Of a stretch of DNA of 50,560 bases, positions 19,490-31,262 are shown in pieces. Below the pieces are notes generated by a model. That model was not told the DNA's origin, did not search any database, and was given only the letters and a program-made list of their open reading frames with translations. Origin of the DNA: Thermodesulfobacteriota bacterium (GTDB lineage: Bacteria > Desulfobacterota_D > UBA1144 > Nemesobacterales > N074bin48). Every line of letters starts with the position of its first letter. Within the stretch, counting starts at the first letter, position 1. The stretch spans positions 1-50,560 of the forward strand of contig JBFFSH010000007.1 of assembly GCA_041572575.1 (NCBI GenBank). Reading direction: 5' to 3'. The position numbers and the translations under genes were made by a program.

Positions 19490-22216
19490 ATGGCTCAAAA
19501 AGATACTGTTTATCTGATTGACGGAAGCTCCTATATATTTCGTGCATACCACGCTATAAGAATCCTTTCAAACTCCAAAGGATTTCCCACAAATGCAATT
19601 TATGGCTTTACCAACATGCTCCTTAAGTTTCTAAAAGACTACGACCCAAAATATATAGGCATTGTATTCGATTCTAAGGGAGATAATTTTAGAAATGAAA
19701 TTTATCCAGACTATAAAGCCAATAGAGGTGAGCCGCCCGACGACCTCAAACCACAGTTTGAAGAGATATTTGGTCTGGTTAAAGCTTTTAATATGCCCAT
19801 GGTTCTTATGGAGGGGTACGAAGCAGATGACATTATAGGCACCCTTGCAAAAAGGTTTGAGAGTGAAAATATGGACGTGGTAATAGTAACGGGAGATAAA
19901 GACTTCACGCAGATAGTTGATGACTCTATAACACTTCTGGATACAATGAAGGATAAGGTCACAGAGACTAAGGATGTGGTAGAAAAATATGGAGTGGAGC
20001 CTGATAAAATAATAGAAATATTTGCTCTAACCGGTGACAGTATTGATAATATTCCTGGAGTAAGGGGAATAGGAGGAAAAACAGCCACAACACTTATTCA
20101 GCAATACGGGTCGCTTGAAAATGTGTACAATAACCTCGATAAATTAAAGCCAAGGCAAAAAGAGCTTTTGGAAAATTCTAAAGAAAATGCACTTCTTAGC
20201 AGAGAGCTTGTAACAATCAAATCTGATATAGAAATGGATATTGATCTGGATGAATATGAATACACGGGTTTTAATAAAGAAAAATTAATAGAACTTTTTA
20301 AGCAATATGAGTTTTCATCTCTGCTAAAAGAACTCGATACCGACGGCAAAGAAAAAATCCAGACCAATCAGCAAACCAACTCTGCAAACAAATCAGATAA
20401 CAGCGTAACTTATGATAACTATAATTTAATAACCAATGAAAAAGATTTTGAAAAAGTCATAGATCTGATAAATAAGACCAAGACACTATCTATCGACTTG
20501 GAAACAACTTCTCAGCTTCCAATGGAAGCAGAAATTGTAGGGTTTGCTCTCTGCCCTCGGCCGCACCAATCTTACTATGTGCCTGTAGGGCACAGAAATC
20601 TTTTGGATGCAAAAAACCAATTGTCACTGCAATATGTGTGTGACAGATTAAAACCAATAATTGAAGATGAACAGATAAAGAAAATTGGTCAGAATCTGAA
20701 ATACGAATATGTAGTTTTGTCCAAATATGATATAGAACTTAAGGGTATCTATTTTGATACCATGATAGCAGCTCACCTAATAGATTCATCAAGGCTTAGC
20801 TACAGCCTGGATGAGCTTTCAAAAAATTATCTAAACCATAAGCCAATAAGCTATAAAGATGTTACTACCGAGGGCAGATTCAAAATCACGTTTGAAGAAG
20901 TGGACATTGAGCTTGCAAAAACATACGCTTGCGAAGATGCCGATGTAGCATATTTACTGAGTAAAATATTGTTAGAAAAACTAAAAGAGCTTGATGTATT
21001 AGAGGTTTATAACAAATATCTTTTAGAATTAATAGTAGCCCTGGCGGGAGTTGAAATCTCAGGGGTAAGGATTGATACAGACAAGCTAAACCATTTATCA
21101 AAAGAGTTTGAAAAAATCATTTTAGATACTGAAGAGAAGGTCTACAAAGAATCAGGCACCAAATTCAACCTAAATTCAACACAACAGCTTCGCGAAGTGC
21201 TTTTTGATAAGCTTGGGCTTCCTGCCAAGAAAAAAACCAAAAAAGGGGAGCCATCAACTGATGTTGAAGTACTCACTGATCTAAGCAAAGATCATATTGT
21301 TCCAAAAATGATGCTTGAGTACAGAGCACTTACAAAGCTAAAATCAACATATATTGACTCCCTGCCAAAACTAATAAACAGCAAAACCGGCAGGATTCAT
21401 ACATCTTTTAATCAGGTAGGAACATCAACGGGAAGAGTAAGCTCAAGCGACCCAAACCTACAGAATATCCCGATAAGGTCAGAAGAAGGAATGAAGATTA
21501 GAGAGGCATTTGTTGCGGAAAAGGATTATAAAATACTTTCTGCTGATTACTCTCAGATAGAGCTTAGATTACTAGCCCATTTTTCTGAAGACAAAAACCT
21601 GCTAAGTGCATTTATTTCAGGAAGCGATATACACAACAGAACCGCATCGGAAATATTTGGTGTTAAACAAGAGGATGTAACTGCGGATATGAGAAGGCTT
21701 GCAAAAAATATTAATTTCGGAATTATTTATGGAATAAGCCCTTTTGGTCTAGCAAAGCAGATTGGCACCGCCGTTAATCAGGCAAAAGATTATATTGATC
21801 AGTATTTCAGCAGATATAGCAGCGTAAAGCAGTATCTGGATGATTCAGTAAGAAATGCTCAGGAGCTTGGCTATGCCGAAACCCTAATCGGCAGGAGACG
21901 TTATATCCCCGAGCTTAGGTCAAGCGACCGGTCAGCCAGAGGTTTTGCAGAGAGGGCTGCCATTAATACACCTATTCAGGGATCCGCAGCTGATGTAATA
22001 AATACAGCTATGATTAATATAAATAAAGAGATAAGAAATAATTATAAGTCAAAGATGATTTTACAGGTGCATGATGAGCTGCTCTTTGAAGTTCATGAGG
22101 ATGAAATAAAGGCTTTTACAGAGTTTATTAAAACAAAAATGGAAGGTGCATGGAAACTAAAAGTGCCGCTTATAGTTGATATTAATATTGGAAATTCCTG
22201 GGCCGAGGCTCACTAG
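19490..22216 (+). CDS. polA: DNA polymerase I
   Basis: 5'-3' exo (LIDGSSYIFRAYHA, EADD), 3'-5' exo domain, polymerase motifs ADYSQIELR, AKNINFGIIYG and LQVHDEL. Confidence 0.99.
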   Translation: MAQKDTVYLIDGSSYIFRAYHAIRILSNSKGFPTNAIYGFTNMLLKFLKDYDPKYIGIVFDSKGDNFRNEIYPDYKANRGEPPDDLKPQFEEIFGLVKAFNMPMVLMEGYEADDIIGTLAKRFESENMDVVIVTGDKDFTQIVDDSITLLDTMKDKVTETKDVVEKYGVEPDKIIEIFALTGDSIDNIPGVRGIGGKTATTLIQQYGSLENVYNNLDKLKPRQKELLENSKENALLSRELVTIKSDIEMDIDLDEYEYTGFNKEKLIELFKQYEFSSLLKELDTDGKEKIQTNQQTNSANKSDNSVTYDNYNLITNEKDFEKVIDLINKTKTLSIDLETTSQLPMEAEIVGFALCPRPHQSYYVPVGHRNLLDAKNQLSLQYVCDRLKPIIEDEQIKKIGQNLKYEYVVLSKYDIELKGIYFDTMIAAHLIDSSRLSYSLDELSKNYLNHKPISYKDVTTEGRFKITFEEVDIELAKTYACEDADVAYLLSKILLEKLKELDVLEVYNKYLLELIVALAGVEISGVRIDTDKLNHLSKEFEKIILDTEEKVYKESGTKFNLNSTQQLREVLFDKLGLPAKKKTKKGEPSTDVEVLTDLSKDHIVPKMMLEYRALTKLKSTYIDSLPKLINSKTGRIHTSFNQVGTSTGRVSSSDPNLQNIPIRSEEGMKIREAFVAEKDYKILSADYSQIELRLLAHFSEDKNLLSAFISGSDIHNRTASEIFGVKQEDVTADMRRLAKNINFGIIYGISPFGLAKQIGTAVNQAKDYIDQYFSRYSSVKQYLDDSVRNAQELGYAETLIGRRRYIPELRSSDRSARGFAERAAINTPIQGSAADVINTAMININKEIRNNYKSKMILQVHDELLFEVHEDEIKAFTEFIKTKMEGAWKLKVPLIVDINIGNSWAEAH

Positions 22217-22234
22217 TACAATTTATCTATATTT

Positions 22235-23653
22235 ATGCGATCAAAATATTTAATTTATCTAACACTTGGAATATTTATATCCCTTGTATGTTATAAAAGC
22301 TCTGTTGCAGGATACAGTGAATATTCAACAAGGCTTCATAATATAATTCCCGCAAGCGCAAAAAAGAATAATAAGCTTGGCGTAGTTGTTAAATCTCTTA
22401 TAAACAAAAAAAAGATTTTTGAGTACAACTCGGATACGCTTTTTATTCCGGCTTCTAATCAAAAGGTAATAGTTTCTACAGTTGCACTTTCCCTTTTAAA
22501 ATCCAAGTTCAGATTCAAAACAGAATTTTACGCAGGCGGTGATATAAAAAGCGGAGTGCTCCATGGCGGGCTGTATATAAAGGGCTATGCTGATCCCACT
22601 ATCAACACTGAAACACTCAGACTCATAGCCATGCAGTTCAAGCAAAAAGGGCTTAAGCAGATAAATGGAGACATTTATCTCGATGATTCATATTTTGATG
22701 ACCTAAACTATCCCGTAGGCTGGAAGAGTGAATGGAGGGATGATTTTTATAGCCCACCTATAAGTGCCCTGTCTTTAAACTATAATAACATAGAAGTCGT
22801 TGCATATCCTTCAAAAAACAGATCGAAGGTTGTTGTTACCACAGATCCCAAAGTCCCGGGGCTTAAGATTATAAATTCAGCTTATCTTAAAAAGAAAAAA
22901 AACAGTATTGTAGCAAGATGGGCCGATGGTAAAGAACAGATTATAGTCTCGGGGAGATTATATACATACAGCAAGGGTGTAAGACTAAAGCTTCCAGTAA
23001 AATATCCTTCACTTTATTTTGGAAGGGTATTTAAAAATGGGCTTGCTGAGCAGGGAATCACTATTACAGGACAGGTTAAATTTGCCAATGTTCCAAGATG
23101 GGCCAATCTGTATCACAAATATGAGTCAGACCGTCTTGATGAAGTGGTAAATGAATATAATAAAAAAAGCGTAAATATAATTGGAGAGAACTTGATCAAG
23201 ACACTTGGGGCAGAATATATTGGTACTCCCGGCTCTTGGGAGGGTGGAAGAAAAGTCATCTCTCTTTTTTTAAAAAATATCGGCATTAAAGATGGCTTTA
23301 AGATAGTAGACGGCTCCGGCCTCTCGCTTCTGAACAGAGTCTCTCCCAATGCCCTTGCCGATGTTCTTGAATATGCATTTCAGAATAAGAGCGTAGGGCT
23401 TGATTTTATTACTTCGCTGCCTGTAGCCGGAATCGATGGAACTCTCAGAAAAAGATTTAAGGATAAGGATGTAAAAGGCAGAATTGTGGCAAAAACAGGC
23501 TATCTCAAGAACGTAAGATCACTTTCCGGGTATGTATTTACAACCACAGGTGATGTGCTTGTATTTTCCATTCTCTCTAACGGACTAGGTCACGAAGCCA
23601 AGAAATTTCAGAGTGACCTGCTGGCAGAGCTTGTGAGCTGCTGTGAGGGCTAA
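22235..23653 (+). CDS. dacB: D-Ala-D-Ala carboxypeptidase/endopeptidase (PBP4, peptidase S13)
   Basis: PASNQK (SxxK), SVN (SxN), DGSGLS and AKTG; signal peptide. Confidence 0.93.
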   Translation: MRSKYLIYLTLGIFISLVCYKSSVAGYSEYSTRLHNIIPASAKKNNKLGVVVKSLINKKKIFEYNSDTLFIPASNQKVIVSTVALSLLKSKFRFKTEFYAGGDIKSGVLHGGLYIKGYADPTINTETLRLIAMQFKQKGLKQINGDIYLDDSYFDDLNYPVGWKSEWRDDFYSPPISALSLNYNNIEVVAYPSKNRSKVVVTTDPKVPGLKIINSAYLKKKKNSIVARWADGKEQIIVSGRLYTYSKGVRLKLPVKYPSLYFGRVFKNGLAEQGITITGQVKFANVPRWANLYHKYESDRLDEVVNEYNKKSVNIIGENLIKTLGAEYIGTPGSWEGGRKVISLFLKNIGIKDGFKIVDGSGLSLLNRVSPNALADVLEYAFQNKSVGLDFITSLPVAGIDGTLRKRFKDKDVKGRIVAKTGYLKNVRSLSGYVFTTTGDVLVFSILSNGLGHEAKKFQSDLLAELVSCCEG

Positions 23654-24483
23654 TCAAGTTTACTTTTCATTGCTCTGCTCAAATCAACATAATTATTTAA
23701 ACTTAGCTGTTCAGCCCTGGATTTTTCATCAATATCTAACTCAGCAAAAATATCCAGCAAAGCGTTTTGCTCTAATATTGATTTCAAATTATTAATAAGT
23801 TTCTTCCTTCTTGTCTGAAATGATTTTTTTACTACTTCATTGAAAAGCGGCCTCAAAGTATCAGAGACTATCTTTTCTTTTCGAGGAGTCATTTTAATTA
23901 TTACCGAGTCAACCTCGGGTTTTGGCCAGAAGGAGTTTGGAGAAACTTTATGCTTTATTTCGGTATTAAAATATGACTGTATTATTACCGAAAAAGCTCC
24001 GTACTGCTTACAAGCTGGAGGAGAGCAGATTCTTTCGCCCATCTCTTTTTGAACCATTATTACTAAATTGGCAAATGAATCAGCACATTCCAGAAGACCA
24101 AAAATTATCTGTGAAGCAACGCTGTACGGCAGGTTGGATACAAATTTATATTTTTTGTCCCCTACAATGTCTTTGAACTTAATATCAAGGGCATCTTGAT
24201 TTATGAGTTCAATATTATTAGATTCACTTAGCTTTTTACTTATGTGACTGAAAACGGTTTTATCTTTTTCAATTGAAACAACCCTGCTAACCCGCTCTGC
24301 CAAAAAAGTCGTCAAAAACCCAAACCCTGTCCCTACTTCTATGATCTGGTCATCCGGACTTAACTCTGCTATTTCTCCAATTTTATAAAGAATGTTTTTG
24401 TCTATTAAGTAGTTCTGTCCGAGGCTTTTTTTTGGATAAGAGTTTATGGATGCAAAGAACTTCTTATATTCTGATATGGTCAT
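23650..24483 (-). CDS. rsmA: 16S rRNA adenine dimethyltransferase
   Basis: KKSLGQNYL, EVGTGFG, NLPY, MVQKE and PKPEVDS. Confidence 0.96.
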   Translation of the reverse strand: MTISEYKKFFASINSYPKKSLGQNYLIDKNILYKIGEIAELSPDDQIIEVGTGFGFLTTFLAERVSRVVSIEKDKTVFSHISKKLSESNNIELINQDALDIKFKDIVGDKKYKFVSNLPYSVASQIIFGLLECADSFANLVIMVQKEMGERICSPPACKQYGAFSVIIQSYFNTEIKHKVSPNSFWPKPEVDSVIIKMTPRKEKIVSDTLRPLFNEVVKKSFQTRRKKLINNLKSILEQNALLDIFAELDIDEKSRAEQLSLNNYVDLSRAMKSKLD

Positions 24484-24535
24484 AAAGAAAGGTTATACCA
24501 GATGGGAAAACAATAAAGAAAAATGCCAGGCAGGA

Positions 24536-24805
24536 TTACTTTGTAAACTTAATTATTTTTTCCCCTTCTTTTATCATTCCAAGTTCCTGGCGGGCAATTA
24601 CCTCAATATATTCCTGATCATTTTTCAGCGCTTCAATTTTTATTTTCAGCAGCTCGTTCTCTTTTTCGAGTGCGGCACCCTGTGTAATAATTTTTTCATT
24701 TTCATGCTTTAAGGCCTCAAGCTTTGATATCTCTTTAATAAATAAAAATGAAAAAACTATAGTTAAACACAGGATGATACTTATTCTTATGATATTAATA
24801 ACCAT
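24536..24805 (-). CDS. ftsB: Septum formation initiator FtsB/DivIC
   Basis: Single TM helix, coiled coil and IEVIARQELGMIKEGE. Confidence 0.85.
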   Translation of the reverse strand: MVINIIRISIILCLTIVFSFLFIKEISKLEALKHENEKIITQGAALEKENELLKIKIEALKNDQEYIEVIARQELGMIKEGEKIIKFTK

Positions 24806-25450
24806 TTAGAAAAGTAATGTTCCTCCGCCTAAAAAGGGGTTTGATCTTTTTTCAATATCAATGGTGGTAACAGGACCGTGGCCCGGATACACCTTGCTCT
24901 CAGGTGGATAGACCATAAGTTTTTTGTTAATTGAACCTACAAGCTCCTGCATGGATGTGCCTCCAGTGAGGTCCACCCTGCCGACACTTCCGGCAAAAAG
25001 TGTGTCTCCTGAGAATATGTGCTCGTCTACTACAAGACAGATGCTTCCCCATGTGTGACCTGGAACAAGGAGTACATCTGCTCTATATTTTCCGATTTCC
25101 ACTACATCACCCTCTTCGAGATACTCGTCAATCTCTGGAACTTCTACCCCTGAAAATTCCGGAAACCTTAGAGCTGATTCCGGCAGCAAATCCAAAACCG
25201 GTTTTTCCTTTGGATGCAGATAAAACTTCGCACCAAGCGCATCTTTTGCTTCCTGTACTCCCGATGCATGGTCGATATGCGCATGAGTATTTACAATCTT
25301 ATCGATTGTTAATCCCAGCTCCTCTACCCTCTGAATTACCTGCCCAACCTGAGCGCCCGGATCAATTATGATTCCTTGTTTAGACTCTTCGTCAGCAATG
25401 ATGTAGCAGTTAGTAAGAAAGCTTCCGCCAACAATACATTCTATAATCAT
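24806..25450 (-). CDS. MBL-fold metallo-hydrolase (glyoxalase II/YcbL-like)
   Basis: THAHIDH, PGHT, SGDTLFAGSVGR and YPGHGP. Confidence 0.9.
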   Translation of the reverse strand: MIIECIVGGSFLTNCYIIADEESKQGIIIDPGAQVGQVIQRVEELGLTIDKIVNTHAHIDHASGVQEAKDALGAKFYLHPKEKPVLDLLPESALRFPEFSGVEVPEIDEYLEEGDVVEIGKYRADVLLVPGHTWGSICLVVDEHIFSGDTLFAGSVGRVDLTGGTSMQELVGSINKKLMVYPPESKVYPGHGPVTTIDIEKRSNPFLGGGTLLF

Positions 25451-25471
25451 AGTTTAATTAATTTAAATAAT

Positions 25472-25752
25472 TTAGAATTCAATAGTAAAATCTGCAAGTT
25501 TACTTGAAGAAGCAACCTCTGTAATATCCACTTTTGTGACTTTTGCCATTTTTGGACCGGTGTTGCACCAGCTTATGAACTTGCTTATTTCCTCATCACT
25601 CCCCTCAGCAACTGCCTCGACAGTGCCATCTTTTTTGTTCCTCACCCAGCCTACAAGACCCAGTCTCTGGGCTTTTTGCTGAGTAGAAAAACGGAAATTC
25701 ACTCCCTGAACAATGCCGTGAACGATTAGGTATATCCTTTATTAGATGGCAT
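25472..25752 (-). CDS. acyP: Acylphosphatase, with an apparent 1-nt frameshift near the 5' end
   Basis: RIYLIVHGIVQGVNFR...GWVRNKKDGTVEAVAEG. The conserved frame extends 5' of the tracked GTG (25702) to 25738; the ATG at 25752 is out of frame by one base. Confidence 0.85.
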
Positions 25753-25863
25753 TTGTATAGTAGATAGATTACCAAAGCTCATTTTTTCTGTCAAACAAGT
25801 TTAATTTATAATCATAAATATTTGATTTGACTGAACTTTATAATATCTAATAAGAAAGTTTGA

Positions 25864-27234
<1,371 letters not shown>

Positions 27235-27277
27235 AAATTATTAAATACAAAATAATACGTTATAATTTTAAATGAGT

Positions 27278-27313
27278 AGGCCATGACCGGAATAATATTC
27301 GCAGTCATGGCCT
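27278..27313. terminator. Inverted repeat between convergent genes, possible terminator
   Basis: Perfect 10-bp stem AGGCCATGAC / GTCATGGCCT; U tracts are weak. Confidence 0.5.
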
Positions 27314-27350
27314 GTTCGATGGGGGAAAAACAACTTAAGTTTTAAATTTA

Positions 27351-28241
27351 TTAACTTCCAAATCTTATTAGTAAGTCCAGTAGAATACCTACGTCATCAG
27401 CAAATTCATCGGATTCTTCGCCTACCGGAATTTCAACACCTGCTCCAACACTAAATATCTGTCCGCCAAACCTGAACCCAGGTGTAATAAAAGCTTCTGT
27501 TCTGCTGTCTTCAAACGAACTAGCCGAAGCTAGTAGTACCTCAACCAAAAATGAAGTTGCAAAAGGTACCGGCATATGAGGAGTTACACTTGCTGTACCT
27601 CCATATCTCCATATTACTTCGGTATCATCGCCTTCAATTTCTTCAGCGCCTGTAATAATATCCGCACCCAGGTTTGCCTGAAATGCAAATATGTCTTTAC
27701 CGACTCCAAAAACCGCATAAGGTCTTATGGTAAAAGCATCATCAACAAATGAGGCGTATTCCCTAAAATATGTACGGGCTCCCATGGCAGCTAAGTTATT
27801 ATCCACTGTTGGTAGAAATCCCTCAATACCACCTGTAAGAACTGCTGTATTGCCCTGAAATATTGTGGATTTACCACCGATCACTATGTTTCCAAGAGCT
27901 ATGTCATCTTCATTTGTTGGATCAACATCCGTAATCCCTGCAATTGGTATTCTTGTATATAATGAAGCTTTGTTATCGTGAATGTTAACATCTGCCCTAA
28001 TCTCATTCATGTAAAGAGCATCTTCAATGTCAAGATCTATAATTTCAGTACTAATTTTAACACCTGTTATAGAATAAGGGTGCTCTAAAAAGAAAGACTG
28101 CGGTAGATCAACCCCGGCCGACCGGGCATCTTTTGTTACTGAAAAAACAGTTAAAACTATGAGTAAAACAGAGAATATGATATATTTATAAATCTTTTCG
28201 CCAGTTTGTTGTCTAATCATCCTCCACAACCTCCATCTCAA
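27351..28241 (-). CDS. Putative outer-membrane beta-barrel protein
   Basis: Signal-peptide-like segment, alternating amphipathic strands, GNIxIGxK...LPT pattern and Phe near the C-terminus. Start uncertain. Confidence 0.65.
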   Translation of the reverse strand: MRWRLWRMIRQQTGEKIYKYIIFSVLLIVLTVFSVTKDARSAGVDLPQSFFLEHPYSITGVKISTEIIDLDIEDALYMNEIRADVNIHDNKASLYTRIPIAGITDVDPTNEDDIALGNIVIGGKSTIFQGNTAVLTGGIEGFLPTVDNNLAAMGARTYFREYASFVDDAFTIRPYAVFGVGKDIFAFQANLGADIITGAEEIEGDDTEVIWRYGGTASVTPHMPVPFATSFLVEVLLASASSFEDSRTEAFITPGFRFGGQIFSVGAGVEIPVGEESDEFADDVGILLDLLIRFGS

Positions 28242-28359
28242 TCTTAAAAATTAATTTGTAATGATATTAATACATTTTGATTAATAATTCAAGTAGATTA
28301 TTAAATATTTTTTTAAACATTGTCATAACTCCCCTAATTTGTTATTTTATTTTTTATAT

Positions 28360-29001
28360 ATGAAACATAAATTAAAAGGTTTATACGTAATAACTGACAA
28401 AAAGCTAATTGAACGATCTAATTTTGTGCAGACAGTAGAAAAAGCGCTTGCAGGAGGAGCTAATGTGCTGCAGCTTAGAGAAAAAGAGACTGATCATGAC
28501 GAAATTGTTTATTTGGGGAAGGAACTACTGAAAATATCATCAAAATATTCTGTCCCTTTAATAATTAATGATAGCCCGGAGATTGCAAAAGAAATCGGTG
28601 CAGATGGTGTTCATCTGGGTAGGCAAGATGCCAATATTGAAAATGCAAGAAAGATCATGGGAGATGATAAAATAATTGGAGTATCCTGTTATGGTGAGTT
28701 AGAAAGAGGTCTGGATGCCCGCGCTCGGGGAGCAAGCTATCTGGCCTTTGGTACCCCTTATAACACTCCAACAAAGCCCGGGAGAGAACCTACGCCATTT
28801 AGTAATTTAATTGAGGCCAAAAACCAAATTCCCGATATTCCTATTTTTGCAATTGGCGGAATTTATAAAGAAAATGCTCAGGATGTACTGGATACCGGAG
28901 TTGATGGAATTGCAGTTATTACAAGTGTATTTGGTTCTGAAGATGCGGAAGCCGCTAGCAGGGAACTGTCCTCAATTATTAATAATCAAAAAAGTCTTTA
29001 A
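28360..29001 (+). CDS. thiE: Thiamine-phosphate synthase
   Basis: LYVITD, LQLREK, LIIND, DGVHLG, TPTKPG and AIGGI. ATG at 28360 preferred over TTG at 28339. Confidence 0.95.
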   Translation: MKHKLKGLYVITDKKLIERSNFVQTVEKALAGGANVLQLREKETDHDEIVYLGKELLKISSKYSVPLIINDSPEIAKEIGADGVHLGRQDANIENARKIMGDDKIIGVSCYGELERGLDARARGASYLAFGTPYNTPTKPGREPTPFSNLIEAKNQIPDIPIFAIGGIYKENAQDVLDTGVDGIAVITSVFGSEDAEAASRELSSIINNQKSL

Positions 29002-29011
29002 ATAATAAATA

Positions 29012-30055
29012 TTATTGCTTTTCAGTACTAAAAACCTGTATTGTAGAATCAGCAATTCCTGCGGCAATTAAAGAACCATTATGGGAAAATGAAACTGATT
29101 CTACTACATCTGGCATTTTATTATAAAACCCTATGGCCTTTGAACTGATATTCCATATAGCTACATTCCTTTCTTCGTCACCAGTAGCAAGATGGCCTTT
29201 ATCGCTATTAAAAGCAGAGGCTCTCATCCAGTATGATTTGAAACCTGATTCTTCGAAAATAGTATTTCCCTGCAGGTCTATAAGCCTAATACCGGATTCA
29301 GCTTGATGCTGCGTATCGAAAACAATTTTATTACTATCTGAAGAAAAAAAGATATTCCAAACCCCGACAATGAGTCCGCTTTCTCTTTTATCATACTTAA
29401 GAATAGGCTCTTTATTACCTGAAGAAATATCCCAGACTTCGATGAGTGTTTCATGCATACGTTTGTCTTCATGATACACACCCTCAGCCACAGCAACTTT
29501 GCTTCCGTCGGGAGATAAGGCTAGTCCGTTCCTTGCTGGAAGCTTAGTCCTATATTTTGCCTTGAGCGAATTTGATTTCAGATTCCAAACATAAACCTCC
29601 TCACTACCATCACCAATTAAAGCTAAATATTCACATTTTTTATCTACCGATGCCAATTGATATTTACCTCTGGTTAAGGAGCGTTTATTACGCGAAACAA
29701 TATCTGTAAGATAGATTGTATCATTCTCACTTGTTACTAACATATCTTTATCAGCACAATAACTAAATACCCGATTTGTTTTTGCAACCGATTCTTTAGT
29801 CTTTTTAGTTAGGTCCCACTGCTCAACATCACCATTATTTAGAAGAGTGATAATTTTAGAATCATCTTTGTTAAATTCAATTTCGATAGCCGCGGTCGGC
29901 GGTTCTTCGTTTGCAGATCTGGAAACTTTTTCTCCGAGACCATACAGATAAGTAAGCTTTTGGTTCTTTGCTTTTGTAAGATATATAGAAAGAATCAGGA
30001 TAAAAGCAACTATTACCACAAACGAGAATATAAAAACGGCTTTAGTTTTATTCAT
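29012..30055 (-). CDS. Membrane-anchored WD40/beta-propeller protein
   Basis: N-terminal TM helix; repeats ending VEQWD, VYVWN, IEVWD and VAIWN; LALSPDG and VSFSHNG. Confidence 0.8.
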   Translation of the reverse strand: MNKTKAVFIFSFVVIVAFILILSIYLTKAKNQKLTYLYGLGEKVSRSANEEPPTAAIEIEFNKDDSKIITLLNNGDVEQWDLTKKTKESVAKTNRVFSYCADKDMLVTSENDTIYLTDIVSRNKRSLTRGKYQLASVDKKCEYLALIGDGSEEVYVWNLKSNSLKAKYRTKLPARNGLALSPDGSKVAVAEGVYHEDKRMHETLIEVWDISSGNKEPILKYDKRESGLIVGVWNIFFSSDSNKIVFDTQHQAESGIRLIDLQGNTIFEESGFKSYWMRASAFNSDKGHLATGDEERNVAIWNISSKAIGFYNKMPDVVESVSFSHNGSLIAAGIADSTIQVFSTEKQ

Positions 30056-30098
30056 ACGGTTGTGATTGTAATAAATTAATAAAAATTGGCAATTAAGT

Positions 30099-31262
30099 TT
30101 ACGAGCTTATATTTCTAATCTCATTTCCAATAATCATAGAAGACGTATTGCAGCTCACCGTAAATCCAAAGAAAGCTCCAAAATCTGCTGTTGCAGGAAG
30201 ACTTGTAAAATAAAGTCCCGGTAGGCTGCTTTGGAATTTTGCTTTTAACTTTGGAAAGCCGTTATTTGTAGCCAATTTATCTAAAATATTTCCGTTTTTT
30301 AGAAATGGAACTCTTTGCAGATCGACCTTGTATCCGGTTGCAAACAGCAGGTGGTCAGCATTGAGGTTAGTTCCATTGCTGAGTATGACCTCTATGTTTC
30401 CATCTTTTGTAATATGCGACGAACAAACATTTGTTTGTTCATTAATTCCAATATCCTCATATTGATCCAGTTCTTTTAACCAGGGCTCGAGTTTCAATCT
30501 TCCTTCCTGCCAAAATCTGTCATTTATCTCCTTTTTTTCCAGGTCACTTAATTTAATATAGTAGTCAGGATCGTCGATCATTTTATCCAGAATTGGGGTA
30601 ACAAAGCCCCAGTCTGAATGTGTAAACTCCGGAGTTTTGTGCCTATGGACTATATCAATTTCCCTTACACCTGCTTCTTTCATTAATAATGCAGATTCAA
30701 ATGCACTCTGTCTGCCGCCGACTATTATACAATTTTTAGATTTAAGTTTTGAAAAATCTATTAGGTCAGCCGTGTGTGAATAGTAACTATTGGGCAAACT
30801 GGAACTCATTTCCTGCGGAATATTTTTAAAATAACCAAAACCAATTGCTACAAGAACAAACTGAGCTTCTATTACTTCATTATTAGAGAGGTAGGCCCTA
30901 AATCTATGTTTTTTATCTGCATAATAATCCAGCTTTGTTATATATTCTTGAATAGGTTCAATCTGTTTTTCTTTTCTGAACCAATCGACATATTCCAAAT
31001 ATAGATTTATTGGGATCGGACTTATGTTTTCATGGCTGATGTTCTTAGTTTTTAGAAAATTAACAAGTGTATACTCACCGAGCGGGTCAAGATGCCAGTC
31101 CGGTCCTGACCTGAGACGCATTCCAGCAGGCATATTTTTTTTCCAAAATTCCATGGTCCTGCCTACAATTTTGTAGTCAATATTCAGGTGCTTTGCATAA
31201 GCCGTCATAGACAGGCCAAAAGGTCCTGCGCCTATGATCAGAAAGTCAGTCTTTGTCCCCAT
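30099..31262 (-). CDS. FAD/NAD(P)-dependent oxidoreductase (flavin monooxygenase-like)
   Basis: IIGAGPFG, second dinucleotide motif VGGRQSA and ATGY. Confidence 0.85.
   Translation of the reverse strand: MGTKTDFLIIGAGPFGLSMTAYAKHLNIDYKIVGRTMEFWKKNMPAGMRLRSGPDWHLDPLGEYTLVNFLKTKNISHENISPIPINLYLEYVDWFRKEKQIEPIQEYITKLDYYADKKHRFRAYLSNNEVIEAQFVLVAIGFGYFKNIPQEMSSSLPNSYYSHTADLIDFSKLKSKNCIIVGGRQSAFESALLMKEAGVREIDIVHRHKTPEFTHSDWGFVTPILDKMIDDPDYYIKLSDLEKKEINDRFWQEGRLKLEPWLKELDQYEDIGINEQTNVCSSHITKDGNIEVILSNGTNLNADHLLFATGYKVDLQRVPFLKNGNILDKLATNNGFPKLKAKFQSSLPGLYFTSLPATADFGAFFGFTVSCNTSSMIIGNEIRNISS

Noticed and set aside
20680..20710. PolA ExoII motif reads NLKYE instead of NLKYD
   Set aside because: Conservative change with ExoI (DLE) and ExoIII (YACED) intact; insufficient to claim loss of proofreading.
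28242..28359. TPP riboswitch upstream of thiE
   Set aside because: Short AT-rich spacer with no CTGAGA core or GC stems.
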